From positions 32,674,001 to 32,738,000 of the forward strand of contig OX597842.1 of assembly GCA_951406725.2 (NCBI GenBank): a stretch of 64,000 nt of DNA, written 5' to 3'. Shown in pieces: positions 1-12,562 of this stretch. The position numbers and the translations under genes are program-made. Within the stretch, counting starts at the first letter, position 1. Every line of letters starts with the position of its first letter. The DNA is from Octopus vulgaris (taxonomy: Eukaryota). Below the pieces are notes generated by a model. That model ran no database searches, was not told the origin of the DNA, and saw only the letters and a list, made by a program, of their open reading frames with translations.

Positions 1-230
1 TAATATTAATTGAAACAAGAGCAGCAGATTTTAACAGAAATATGGTAACAAAAACGTTAAAGTTATCTTTTTAAAAACCTTCTACCACAATTTGTATGTT
101 AATTTAAGTTGCAAAAATTAGATTAATTAACGGCAATGTTAATTTACTATTTATTTACTTCATTATTTTCAAATTTAATAGAAACAAAAAACAATTTATT
201 CCAGAAGGAATTTGGTAACGAAGTCTAAAT
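1..230. mobile_element. Degenerate AT-rich MITE-like fragments (two similar ends)
   Basis: The motif TTGAAACAA...ATATGGTAACAAAAACGTTAA (10-60) recurs in diverged form at about 180-229. The TTAA terminus is reminiscent of piggyBac-type MITEs (inference). Confidence 0.3.
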
Positions 231-276
231 GCTTTTGGTAGCCAACATTCCTGAAACTTATCTCTTGTTGAAGAAT

Positions 277-725
277 ACTCTTTTACTCTTTTACTCTTTT
301 ACTCTTTTACTTGTTTCAGTAATTTGACTGCGGCCATGCTGGAGCATCGCCTTTTAGTCGAACAAATCGACCCAAGGACTTATTCTTTGTAAGCCTAGTA
401 CTTATTCTATAGGCGTCTTTTGCAGAACCGCTAAGTTACAAGGAACGTAAACACACCAGCATTGGTTGTCGAGCGATGTTGGGGGGACAAACAGACACGC
501 AAACATATACACACACATACATATACATATACGACAAGCTTCTTTCAGTTTCCGTCTACCAAATCCGCTCACAAGGCTTTCGTCGGCCATGCTGGAGCAC
601 CGCCTTTAGTCGCAGAAATCGACCCCAGGACTTATTCTTTGTAAGCCTAGTACTTATTATATCGGTTCTCTTTTGCCGAACCGCTAACTGACGGGGACGT
701 AAACACACTAGCATCGGTTGTCAAA
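277..725 (-). mobile_element. SINE family A, 3' portion with internal tandem duplication
   Basis: (TACTCTTT)n tail plus TTGTTTCAG..GCGGCCATGCTGGAGCA body. The segment starting GGCCATGCTGG is repeated at 585-725, joined through a GGCC microhomology. Confidence 0.85.
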
Positions 726-727
726 TG

Positions 728-765
<38 letters not shown>

Positions 766-769
766 CTTA

Positions 770-985
770 TGTATATGCTTGTGTGTCTTTGTTCCCCCAT
801 CATCGTTTGATAGCCGATGTTGGTGTGTTTACGTCCCGTATATTAGCGGTTCGGCAATAAAAAAAAGACAGAATAAGCACTAGGCTTACAAAGAATAAGT
901 CCTGTTGCTGATTCGTTCGGCTGAAGGTGGTGCTCCAGCCTGGCCGCTGTCAAGTAACCGAAACAAATAAAAGAATAAAAAAAAA
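770..985 (+). mobile_element. SINE family A, 3' half
   Basis: GTGTGTTTACGTCCCGTA..TTAGCGGTTCGGC..GGTGCTCCAGC..GAAACAAATAAAAGAATAAAA matches the other family A copies. Confidence 0.8.
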
Positions 986-1413
986 CTAAAACCAACCCCA
1001 ACACGACCACCACTAGTAACAAGAACAACGACACAACACATTCCACCACCACCAACACGACTACAGTATCACCATCGCCCCCATCATCTCCAGTACCTCC
1101 ATGGGCAACACAAGCAGAACCGCTCCTCCCCCTCCCCACTGTATTTTCTTTCTTCTCTTTCATACTTCTTCTTCTGCCGTCTCTCCTTCTTTACCAGCTA
1201 CTTCTCTCTCTCCACCCTCAGTTTCTATCTTCTTCTCGTCTTCTTCTCACTCTCTCCTTCTCACTCTTCTCCCTTCGCTCCGATCTCGCTTATCTCCCTT
1301 CACCTTCATCTCTCCCTTTCCTTTCCAACCAACTTCAACAAACTTTCTGCCCTTCCCTCATCACTGTACACGCCACTTCTTTTCGCATTTATCTGCACAG
1401 CCCTCCCGCTCCA

Positions 1414-1561
<148 letters not shown>

Positions 1562-2039
1562 ACATAACAGTCCACACCATGAACCCGCTTTTCGTTAAGA
1601 ACTTTCTCCGCTTTTCCTAAAACTAAAGCCTCCAGCTTTGTCGGCTGTTAAGCCTCTTAACGCATAAACGCATTGCAGTCGACACCAACAAACTTTTACA
1701 CGCTCTCTATCCCTATCTATCTCGTTCTCTCACTCTTTCTTCATTCACCTCCTTCATCTCTTTCTATACACCTATTACTCCTCTTCGTCTTCTTCTCCAT
1801 ACCACAACACACAACAAGCATTACCTCACTTTAATCCCACCACCGCCGTCGCTATTGCCGACTCCATCGCTGCCGCTACAACGCTTCATTTTTCCCCTCC
1901 CGACCACACAGCCATACAACCGACACGATTCCGCTGTTTATTTCCATGTCAAATTGTTTGCGATTTTTTTATATCTTAACCTGTACCCTTCCCCACACAG
2001 CATTTGTAGTCTTACAAGTAATAAACGCGAATTAAAACC

Positions 2040-2123
2040 AACGAGGCGTCAGGCATTTACGTGGTCACTTGATCTGCTAGAAATAGCAGCCAATTCTTCC
2101 TCAAAACACACACAACTGTCTTA
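2040..2123 (+). mobile_element. Fragment of dispersed repeat family D
   Basis: CTGCTAGAAATAGCAGCCAA..CTCAAA..CACAC is shared with 12010-12180, 9425-9465 (minus strand) and the 107-bp array unit. Confidence 0.6.
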
Positions 2124-2134
2124 TCTATGTATAT

Positions 2135-2558
2135 TCTCTTTTCTCTTTACTCTTTTACTTGTTTCAGTCATTCGACTGCGGCCATGCTGGAGCACCACCT
2201 TTAATCGAGCATATCAACCCCAGGACTTATTCTTTGTAAGCCCAGTACTTATTCTATCGGTCTCTTTTGCCGAACCGCTAAGTGACGGAGACGTAAACAC
2301 ACCAGCATCGGTTGTCAAGCAATGCTAGGGGGACAAACACAGACACAAACATATACACACACATACATATATATATATATACATATATACATATATATGA
2401 CAGGCTTCTTTCAGTTTCCGTCTATCAAATCCACTCACAAGGCATTGGTCGGCCCGGGGCTATAGTAGAAGACACTTGCCCAAGATGCCACGCAGGGGGA
2501 CTGAACCCGGAACCATGTGGTTGGTAAGCAAGCTACTTACCACACAGCCACTCCTGCG
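2135..2558 (-). mobile_element. SINE family A, full length (tRNA head, CORE-like centre, CR1-type tail)
   Basis: Head CGCAGGAGTGGCTGTGTGGTAAG (A-box-like) and GGTTCAGTCC (B-box-like); CORE-like GGCAYCTTGGGCAAGTGTCTT; internal (TA)/(TG) tract; tail shared with the CR1 fragment at 39057. Confidence 0.9.
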
Positions 2559-4220
2559 ATTGTCTACGTTATGGGTTCAAATCTTGCCAAAGCTAAATTT
2601 GCCTTTAATTATTTTGTGATCAATTTAAACAAAAGCGTCAATCCAAGATGGGGGATTGCTGGGAATATTTTGGGCTGGTGCATAATTATTGCGGCTTATT
2701 TTCAACAAATTTTATTCAACAAAAACAATATCAACATGTAACAAAAACATCTTTAAATGATTATTCCGGAGCATATTCACGATCTACTTCAATTTCTGCT
2801 TCCCGTTTGCTTGGCAGACGCTCAGACCATCATTTAAAGATGTTTTTGTTAAATATACTTATTGGCTTTTTTGAAGAAAATTTGTTGAAAAAAAACCGCA
2901 ATAATTATGCACCAACCCAATAAGAACGTTCGACCAGGTGGCTAGCAATATTCACTCTTATTTTAAGTTTCGAGATCAAATCCTACCAAAGCCGAGTTTG
3001 TCTTTTCAAAGTTTCAGGGTCGATTAAAAAAGACCCAATTAAAGATAATGAACTGCTGGCATTGTAAGGGTGTTCGACCGGATGGCTAGCAATATTAACT
3101 GCGATTGTCTACGTTATGGGTTCAAATCTTGACGACGTTAAAATTGACTTTAATCATTTTGTGATCAATTGAAACAAAAGGACCGATCCAAGATAAGGGA
3201 TTACTGGGAATATAAAACCTATTTCTTTACTACCCACAAGGGGCTAAACACAGAGGGGACAAACAAGGACAGACAAACGGATTAAGTCGATTACATCGAA
3301 TCCAGTGCGTAACTGATACTTAATTTATCGACCCCGAAAGGATGAAAGGCAAGGTCGACCTCGGCGGAATTTGAACTCACAACGTAACGGCAGACGACAT
3401 ACCTATTTCTTTACTACACACAAGGGGCTAAACATAGAGGGGACAAACAAGGACAGACAAACGGATTAAGTCGATTACATCGACCATAGTGCGTAACTGG
3501 TACTTAATTTATCGACTCCGAAAGAGTGAAAGGCAAAGTCAACCTCGGCGGAAATCGAATTCAGATTGTAACGGCAGACGAAATACCTATTTCTTTACTA
3601 CCCACAAGGGGCTAAACACAGATGGGGCAAACAAGGACAGACAAACGGATTAAGTCGATTACATCGACCCCGGTGCGTAACTGGTACTTAATTTATCGAC
3701 CCCGAAAGGATGAAAGGCAAAGTCGACCTCGGCGGAATTTGAACTCAGAACGTAAGCATTTCGCCCGGCGTGCTAACGATTCTGCCAGCTCGCCGCCCTT
3801 GTTGGGTATATACAACCGTTCGATCGGATGTGTTGCAATATTTAGTACGGATTTTATGTTCTGAGTTCAAACCCTTCTGAGGACAAGAATTTGCTTCTCG
3901 TCCCTTGCTCCTTCGTGTGTCGATTAAGAATTATCAATCCAATATGGTGGATTGAAGAAACTGTAATAACGAGGGACAGGATGTCATGGGGTATTTCTTG
4001 CGGTCTTCAGTGGTCCCAGTTCAAATTCAGCTAGGATCAAATAGTACCTTTGTCCCATTGTGGGTCGATTAAATAAATACATGTCGTGAGTGGCGACTGG
4101 GAGGAATTTTAAGAACGATGGTCTGCATGCCCTGAAGCATTTCCTACGGTTGCAGTGGTCCAAGTTCAAATCCAGCGAGGATCAAATTTGACTTTTATCC
4201 CATCGTGGGCCAATTAAATA
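2557..4220 (+). repeat. Decayed head-to-tail array of SINE-B-like 5' halves
   Basis: At least 6 diverged units with a G(T/A)TCAAA B-box-like motif followed by TTTG.CTTT..GTCGATTAA (about 2575, 2975, 3120, 3865, 4018, 4163), interrupted by younger SINE B copies. Confidence 0.55.
3218..3797 (-). mobile_element. SINE family B, tandem trimer (184-bp period)
   Basis: Three head-to-tail copies start CCTATTTCTTTACTAC at about 3218, 3402 and 3586. Only the last carries the tRNA head GGCGGCGAGCTGGCAGAA. The central GTCGACTTTGCCTTTCATCCTTTCGGGGTCGATAAA resembles the Meta/MESC SINE domain (from memory). Confidence 0.9.
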
Positions 4221-4224
4221 TCTT

Positions 4225-5440
<1,216 letters not shown>

Positions 5441-5576
5441 CGGTTCCACGGTGTTGGTGAGATTGTTGATAATCTGGAGTCTTGCTGAGCCGAACTCGGT
5501 AGAAAGCTTTAGCCTTTTTAGCTCCGCATCACCGATTCCACAGCATCTGTGGGGATGCGTGCGAATTTCTCGGTAT

Positions 5577-5612
<36 letters not shown>

Positions 5613-5727
5613 TATTAAAGAAAGTGATTCTCTGTTTGTTCTCTCTCTCTCTTTTTCCCGCTAAGAAATCTTAAGACATGCTTCATTGGACCAAGAAAAT
5701 ATTGGAGCGAAAAACATTAAACACACG

Positions 5728-5788
<61 letters not shown>

Positions 5789-6924
5789 ACACAGGCACGC
5801 ATATAGACATATACACTATCGCATACAAGTACAGACACACGCATACACATGCACATACACACACACACACTAGCAGAAACATACACAAGAAGCAGGGAAA
5901 CTTACACATATACACACTGGTTCAAACACACACGCACTTGTATACACACATGCAGGCACGTATACATACACACAGATAGTCATACACCAACACGTTGAAA
6001 CATAAGAACACACACATACACACATATTTACATACATACACATATATATTATAAATATATATATATGTATATATATATATATGTTCATGTGTAAATGTAT
6101 GCATATGTATGTGTGCATGTATGTATGTATGTGTGTGTGTGTGTGTGTATGTATATATATTGAAAGTGGGTGGAGAGAGGGAGAGAGGGAAAGAGAGTGG
6201 GGAGAAAAAGGGGTGGGCGGAGAAAAAGTTTTTAGATTTTTCGTTAGTGTGTGGGGTGGAGAGAGGGAATGGGGCGGGGCGGGTGGGATGAATGGTTAGG
6301 GTTAGGGTTAGGTCGAATATTGTTGCAAGAAAGGGAGTGCTAGGGGAGTGTGGAGGCGCACTGGTAAGATGGATGTGGACGTGGTGGTCGTGGTTGCTGT
6401 GGTGGAAAGTTGGTGCTGTTTCGGGAGGAGGTGGAGAAATAGATAGATACTTATAAATAGACTGATAGATAGATATATTGATAGATAGATGGAGAAGGAG
6501 AGAGACAGACAGACATGTAGATAAATAGGTAGAGATATAGATATCGATAGATAGATGGATAGTTAGATTGAGATAGATAGATAGGTAGATTGATTGATTG
6601 ATTGATAGATAGGTAAAAATGAGCAAATAGAAAAATAGATAGATAACTAGATAGATAGATAAATAGATAGTGAGAGATAGATTAATATATACATAGACAG
6701 ACAGATATATAGACAGAAAAATAGATAGACTGATAAATAGATGTTTGGAAAGATATATATACACACATATACATATATATGTATATATATGCATGTATGT
6801 ATACATATATGTATACGTGCTTGTCTGTGCAATTATCTGTTTATCTATCCATGTATCTATTAATCTATCTACTTATATAGATATCTACGTGTCTTTTTAG
6901 CTATCCATATCGCTACCTGTGTAT

Positions 6925-7135
6925 GTGTGTGTGTGTGTTTGTCTTTCTTCCCGTATTTGTAACCGGTGTTGGTTTGTTCATATTCCGCCATTCCCCGGAA
7001 ATTTGCGGTTCGGCTAAAGAGACTCATAGGCTTTTAAAATATAAGCACTGGAACATTCATTCGACTAAGAGTCCTCCAAGGCCTTGCTCCAGCATGAGCG
7101 CAGTCTAATAACTGAAACAAGCGAAAGAATAAAAC
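6925..7135 (+). mobile_element. SINE family A, degenerate 3' half
   Basis: GCGGTTCGGCTAAAGAGAC..TGCTCCAGCATGAGCGCAGTC..ACTGAAACAAG. Confidence 0.65.
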
Positions 7136-7340
7136 GTAAGATAAAATATATTGCTGTGTGTGGCTGTGTGGTAAGAAGCTTGCTTCCCAACCATATGGTT
7201 CCAGGTTCAATCTCACAGTGTGGTACCTTGGGCAAATGTCTTTACTATGGCCTCGGGCCGACCAAAACCTTGTGAGTGGATTTGGGAGACGGAAACTGAA
7301 AGAAGCAGATCCTGTGTGTTTATGTATATATATATATAAA

Positions 7341-7544
7341 GTTAATCCGAACAAGAAGGCACAAAAAAAACACAACAACGCGAGGACGTGGAACAAATAT
7401 AGTATTATTGGACGCTCAGGAAAGAAGGAAAGAAGGAGGGTTTAACGTTTCGAGCAGAGCTCTTCGTCGGAAACATAGGAGAAGGAAAGTTCCAGAGAAG
7501 GGAAGACAGACGGAAAAAATCGCCAACGGTACACACGAGGTCAC
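7341..7544 (-). mobile_element. Short Penelope-like element, family H1, with hammerhead motif
   Basis: Near-identical to 46511-46676, 60197-60403 and 63793-63976. Minus strand 7474-7440 reads GUUU CCGACGA A GAGC UCU GCUC GAAAC GUU AAAC. Confidence 0.75.
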
Positions 7545-7564
7545 GTGTGTGTGTGTCTGTGTGT

Positions 7565-7800
7565 ATGGTAAAATATGAAACATCATTATCGAGTTATAAA
7601 AAAGAGAGAGCTAATGGTTACAATTTAATTAATTAATTAATTAACATACACCTACAATTGTTTCATTCCTAACTCGATAATAATGTTTGATATTTTACGA
7701 TATTTTATATAATATATTCATTGAAAAAATATCTCTTCAAAATATAATATATTAAACCAGAGCATTTTGGATAAATGTCCCTAAAAGGGTTTTAAATGTC
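7565..7800 (-). mobile_element. Degenerate Penelope-like element (H2 relative) with inverted end
   Basis: Minus strand has UUGAAGA...GAAACAAUUGUA-GGUGUA. Inverted repeat 7570-7596 / 7670-7696. Confidence 0.45.
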
Positions 7801-7836
<36 letters not shown>

Positions 7837-8019
7837 TTGTGTGTCAGTGTTTCCCCCCCTACCATCGCTTGGCAATCGATATTGGTGTGTCTACATCACC
7901 GTAACTTAGCATTTCGGCAAAAGAGAGCGATAGAATAAGTGCTAGGCATACAAAGCAGGTGCTCCAGCATGACCGCAAATAGAAGAATAGAAGCACACAC
8001 ACATACATACATACATACA

Positions 8020-8051
<32 letters not shown>

Positions 8052-8054
<3 letters not shown>

Positions 8055-8275
8055 TTCTTTACTGCCCACAAGGGGCTAAACACAGAGGGAACAAACAAGG
8101 ACAGACAAACGGATTAAGTTGATTATATCGACCCCAGTGCGTAACTGGTCCTTAATTTATCGACCCCGAAAGGATGAAAGGCAAAATTGGCCTCGGCGGA
8201 ATTTGAACCCAGAACGTAACGGCAGATGAAATACGGCTACGCGTTTGGCCGGTCTGCTAACGTTTCTTCCAGCTC
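8052..8275 (-). mobile_element. SINE family B
   Basis: Same body as 3586-3797 and 10175-10404. Confidence 0.9.
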
Positions 8276-8570
8276 ATATATATATTAATAAATTTTAGGG
8301 TAGCAAAAAATTCTAGAAAAATTCTCCGCTACCAGCGGTCAAGTGCTTTGGAGTTTGGAGTTTAGCTGCTCTTTCTAGTGAGTCGGATGTTCTATTATAG
8401 CCAACCCTTATATGCTCGAATATATATATATATATATATCAGATTAGCAACAATTTGGATTCAAATGAATATGGTACTTAATTTAGATGCACCAGAATTT
8501 TGTATGGTGTTACCCATAAAAATTTGTGGGGTGATTATAATCAAAAATAAGTAACAAGAATGACTCCGGT

Positions 8571-8662
8571 AATTTGGTACAATTGTTTCACACTACAACA
8601 TTTTATTAAAAGTTGTAAATATTACAGCAGATTTTAGATGCTGAGTGCTCTTCAGCCAATTT
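8571..8662 (-). ncRNA. Type I hammerhead ribozyme with branched stem II (intact core), inside a Penelope-like element at about 8440-8760
   Basis: AAAUUGG CUGAAGA GCAC[2 hairpins]GUGU GAAAC AAUU GUA CCAAAUU. All conserved core nucleotides are present; stem I is UUGG/CCAA; stem III is the palindrome ACAAUUGU; predicted cut after GUA (8578). Confidence 0.8.
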
Positions 8663-8769
8663 ATATAGGTTTTCCAATAATACAAAAGCTTTCAAATCAA
8701 GTAGTAACATTTTAGAGGAGGTAGATATACAGACAAAGATGTAGATATAAATTATTTTTGATTATATAT

Positions 8770-8880
8770 ATACATCAGAGTAAGCACAGAAATGTGAAAA
8801 ATAATGGGAAAACAGTACTCGAATACCGGAGGTAGAGTAATATGCTTTATCATTAAACCTGCAAAGACATCACAAAAATA
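8770..8880 (-). mobile_element. Truncated family H3 Penelope-like fragment
   Basis: AGTACTCGAATACCGGAGGTAGAGTAATATGCTTTAT matches 41921-41958. Confidence 0.6.
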
Positions 8881-8892
8881 TCGCAGAAGTAT

Positions 8893-9237
8893 CACCAGCA
8901 TCGCTTGACAACCGATGCTGGTGAGTTTACATCCCCGTAACTTAGCTGTTCGGCTTAAGAGACCGATAGAATAAGTAGTAGGCTTACAAAGAATAAGTCC
9001 TGCGGTTGATTTGATTCGACTAAAGGTCAAATGGCCGCAGTCAAATGACTGAAACAAGTAAAAGAATAAAAGAATATATATAGGACGGGATTCTTTCAGT
9101 TTCTATCTGCCGAATCCACTCACAGGTCTTTGGTCGGCCTGGGGCTATACTAGAAGACACACGCCCAAGGTGCCATGCAGTGGGACTGAACCCGGACCAT
9201 TGTGGCTGGAAAGCAAGCTACTTACCACACAGCCAGC
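8893..9237. mobile_element. SINE family A, rearranged (3' half on +, 5' half on -)
   Basis: 8893-9073 is the 3' half on +; 9083-9237 is the head half on -. Confidence 0.75.
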
Positions 9238-9350
9238 CTGCATCAGTTTACCATGATGTTATATACAATTCATTGATAGGCAAAGTAACTACCAGTAATA
9301 TACTGGGGTAGCGTATTTCATCAAGAGCCCACCTCGAAATTCCCAGGCTG

Positions 9351-9379
9351 GTTGTTATGGAAACCGTTACCATCGCAAC
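9351..9379. promoter_or_regulatory. Two adjacent RFX X-box-like motifs
   Basis: GTTGTTATGGAAAC (9351-9364) and GTTACCATCGCAAC (9366-9379), compared with the consensus GTYNYYATRGNAAC. Confidence 0.35.
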
Positions 9380-9477
9380 CGTTTGTCTGTCAAACTGTAT
9401 AACGCCTTCGTTGATGACAGACTATTTGGGTTTGAGGAAGGGATGTAAGCTGTTATTTCTAGCTTAGAAATGACGGT

Positions 9478-10630
9478 TTGTTGTTGTTTAACCTCATGTC
9501 AGTCCCGTGAGCAAAAATGTTCCAACCGTGACCATCCCATCTTTTATTCATGCATAGTGTATCTAGGACTACATTATCTAATGTATAGTATAGTATTTAG
9601 TATTAGTGGATATAGTTGTTACTGTTGTTTAACCCCAGGTGGGTCCTGATCCAGACAGACCTATGATCAAAGATGTTCCAGCTATGACCATCCCATCTTT
9701 TATTCAGGCATAGTGTATCTAGGACTACATTATCTAATGTATAGTATAGTAGTTAGTATTAGTGGCTATAGTTGCTGTTTAACCCCAAGTCAGTCCTGAT
9801 CCAGACAGACCTATGATCAAAGATGTTCCATCTGTGACCATCCCATCTTTTATTCAGGCATAGTGTATCTAGGACTACATTATCTAATGTTTAGTATAGT
9901 AGTGAGCATTCGTGGCTATAGTTATTGTTGTTTAGCCACGGATCAGTCCTGATCCAGACAGACTCATGTTTAAAGACGCTCCAGCAATGACCATTCCGTC
10001 TTTTATTCAGTCATAGTGTATCTAGGAGTACATTATCTAATGTATAGTGTAGTATTTAGTATTAGTGGCTATAGTTGTTGTTTAGCCCAAGGCCAGTCCT
10101 GACCCTAATAGACCTATGTTCAAAGACGTTCCAGCTGTGACCGTCCCATCTTTTATTCAGGCATAGTGTATATATATTTCTTTGTTGCCCACAAGGGGCT
10201 AAACATAGAGGACAAACAAGGACAGACAAAGGGATTAAGTCGATTAAATCGACCCCAGTGCGTTACTGGTACTTAATTTATCGACCCCGAATGGATGAAA
10301 GGCAAAGTCAACCTCGGCGGAATTTGAACTCAGAACGCAGCGGCAGACGAAATACGGCTACGCATTTCGCCCGGCCTGCTAACGTTTCTGCCAGCTCGCC
10401 GCCTCTATTCAGGCATAGTGTACATAGGACTACACTCTCTAATGTACAGTTTTTAGTATTAGTGGCTAATGTTGTTGTTGTTGTTTAACCCAAGGTCAGT
10501 CCTGATCCAGACAGACCTATGATCAAAGATGATCCAGTTGTGACCATCCTGTCTTTTATTCAGGCACAGTGTATCTAGGACTACATTATCTAATGTATAG
10601 TATAGGAGTTAGTATTAGTGGTTGTTGTTG
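9478..10630 (-). repeat. About 150-bp tandem array (about 6 units) from the 3' end of family D
   Basis: Unit GTTGTTGTTTAACCC..CAGACCTATGATCAAAGATGTTCCAG..CATAGTGTATCTAGGACTACATTATCTAATG..AGTGGCTATA; the (CAA)n tail is on the minus strand. Confidence 0.9.
10175..10404 (-). mobile_element. SINE family B, full length with 17-bp TSD
   Basis: Head AGGCGGCGAGCTGGCAGAA, B box GAGTTCAAATTCC. TATTCAGGCATAGTGTA is duplicated at 10154-10170 and 10406-10422. Confidence 0.93.
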
Positions 10631-10940
10631 CTGTTGTTGTTGCTCTTTAGTTCGCCGTTAATTTCATTAAAACGGATTTCCACTAAAAAAAATAAAATAA
10701 ATAAAAAATAATAGAAAAACAAAAAGAACGAAGAGAAAAGACGTGTTAACTCGTCTGTAGTTAATTGCGGAGATTGCTGGTTCAATCCTCGGTAATGTGA
10801 GTAAGTGGAGGATTGCGGCGGTGGGTGGTAAGGGGTGGGTTGGCGGTGTGTCGGATTTGTAGCCGAGTACTCCGCGTATCGTTTTAATCCCCTACTACAT
10901 TAGCTAGGTCACCGACGCTTACGCACCGACACAGCCGAAA

Positions 10941-12000
10941 CCACCACCACCACCAGCACCAGCACCACCAGCAATAGCACCACCACCACCACCACCATCA
11001 CCAAGACCACCACCAAGACCACTACCACAAACACCACCACCACCACCACTACCATTACCACCACCACCACCACCACCACCACCACCACCGTCACCAGCAC
11101 CAGCACCACCACCATCACCACCACCACCACCACCACCACCACCACTACCACAACCACAACCACCACCACCAGCACCACCACCAACAGCACCACCACCACA
11201 ACCACCACCACCACCACCACCACTACCACAACCACAACCAGCAGCACCACCACCACCGCCGCCCACGCCAAAGCCGTAGCAGCAGCAGTGGTCGCAGTGG
11301 CAGAAACTGATAGCTTCATTAGTGGTATCCCCGACAAAGCTACTAGCGCCTAAGCCATCACCATCATCATCACCATCACCATCGCTACGCTCCCTCCACC
11401 ACTAATACCACCATCATCATCACAATCATCAACAACATCAGCAGCAGTGTCAGTGCTACCATGGCTATAACGACGACGACGACTACCACCACTACAACCA
11501 CCTCCTCAACCACTACCATCACCACAACCTCCCCACCACCCTATCACTATTGCCATCACCACCTTCATCACCACCACCACCACCACCACCACCACCACCT
11601 CCACCACCATCAACAATACCATCACCACAACCTCCCCCACCAAACTGTCACCTTTGCCACGACCACCGCCACGACCACCGTCACCACCACCACTGCCACC
11701 ACCACCACAATCCCCACCTCAACAGCCACCATCAATACCATGGTCACAACCTCCGCATCACCCCATCACCATCATCACCACCACCACCACCACCACCACA
11801 ACCACCACCACCACTACCACCGCCACCACCGCCACAACTACTACCACAACCACCACCATTATTACCACCATCACCACCACCACCACCACCACCACCACCA
11901 CCACCACCATCACCACCATCACCACCACCATCACCACCACCATCACCACCACCGCCACCATTACATTCCTATCACTACCACCATCACCACTATCACAAGC
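10941..12000. repeat. (CAC)n-rich degenerate trinucleotide tract
   Basis: Seen directly. Confidence 0.9.
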
Positions 12001-12009
12001 AGAGTAAAA

Positions 12010-12180
12010 TGCTCTACATTTTCGCCCGATATGCTAGACATAGCAGCCGAATCTCTCAATTTCGCGTTTAAAAAATATGACCTGTTGGATAATAAGCTCT
12101 ATCGCAGAGTAATGGAACGCGATGGTCATAACTGGAACAACTAGCTTCATTCGTCTGTTTACCTGTGTCTAAACAACAAC
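12010..12180 (+). mobile_element. Degenerate family D copy with (CAA)n end
   Basis: GCTAGACATAGCAGCCGAATCTC..GATGGTCATAACTGGAAC..CTAAACAACAAC. Confidence 0.5.
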
Positions 12181-12248
12181 AGTGTCCCCAGTACTACTCT
12201 TAATGGGGTAATGAGTACCTATATGGGGTATGTACGTATATATATATG

Positions 12249-12305
<57 letters not shown>

Positions 12306-12520
12306 GTACACACACACACGCACACACACACATATATATATAGAGAGAGAGAACAATGCTATTTACTGTGCTCCTGCGATTCGAACACACAAATTGAGTA
12401 TAATAAAACATTTCCTTCTCTTTCTATCTCACTCGCTTTTTCTCATGTTTTCTATTTTTTTTTACTCTGATTCCACTATTAATAAATTTTTCTTTGTCTT
12501 CTCATCTCTTTCTCCGTCTC

Positions 12521-12562
<42 letters not shown>

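Larger units (their letters stand above)
7155..7985 (+). mobile_element. SINE family A copy split by insertions into its internal microsatellite
   Basis: The 5' half (7155-7330) and 3' half (7840-7985) are colinear and flank two Penelope-like inserts (7341-7800). Confidence 0.7.
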
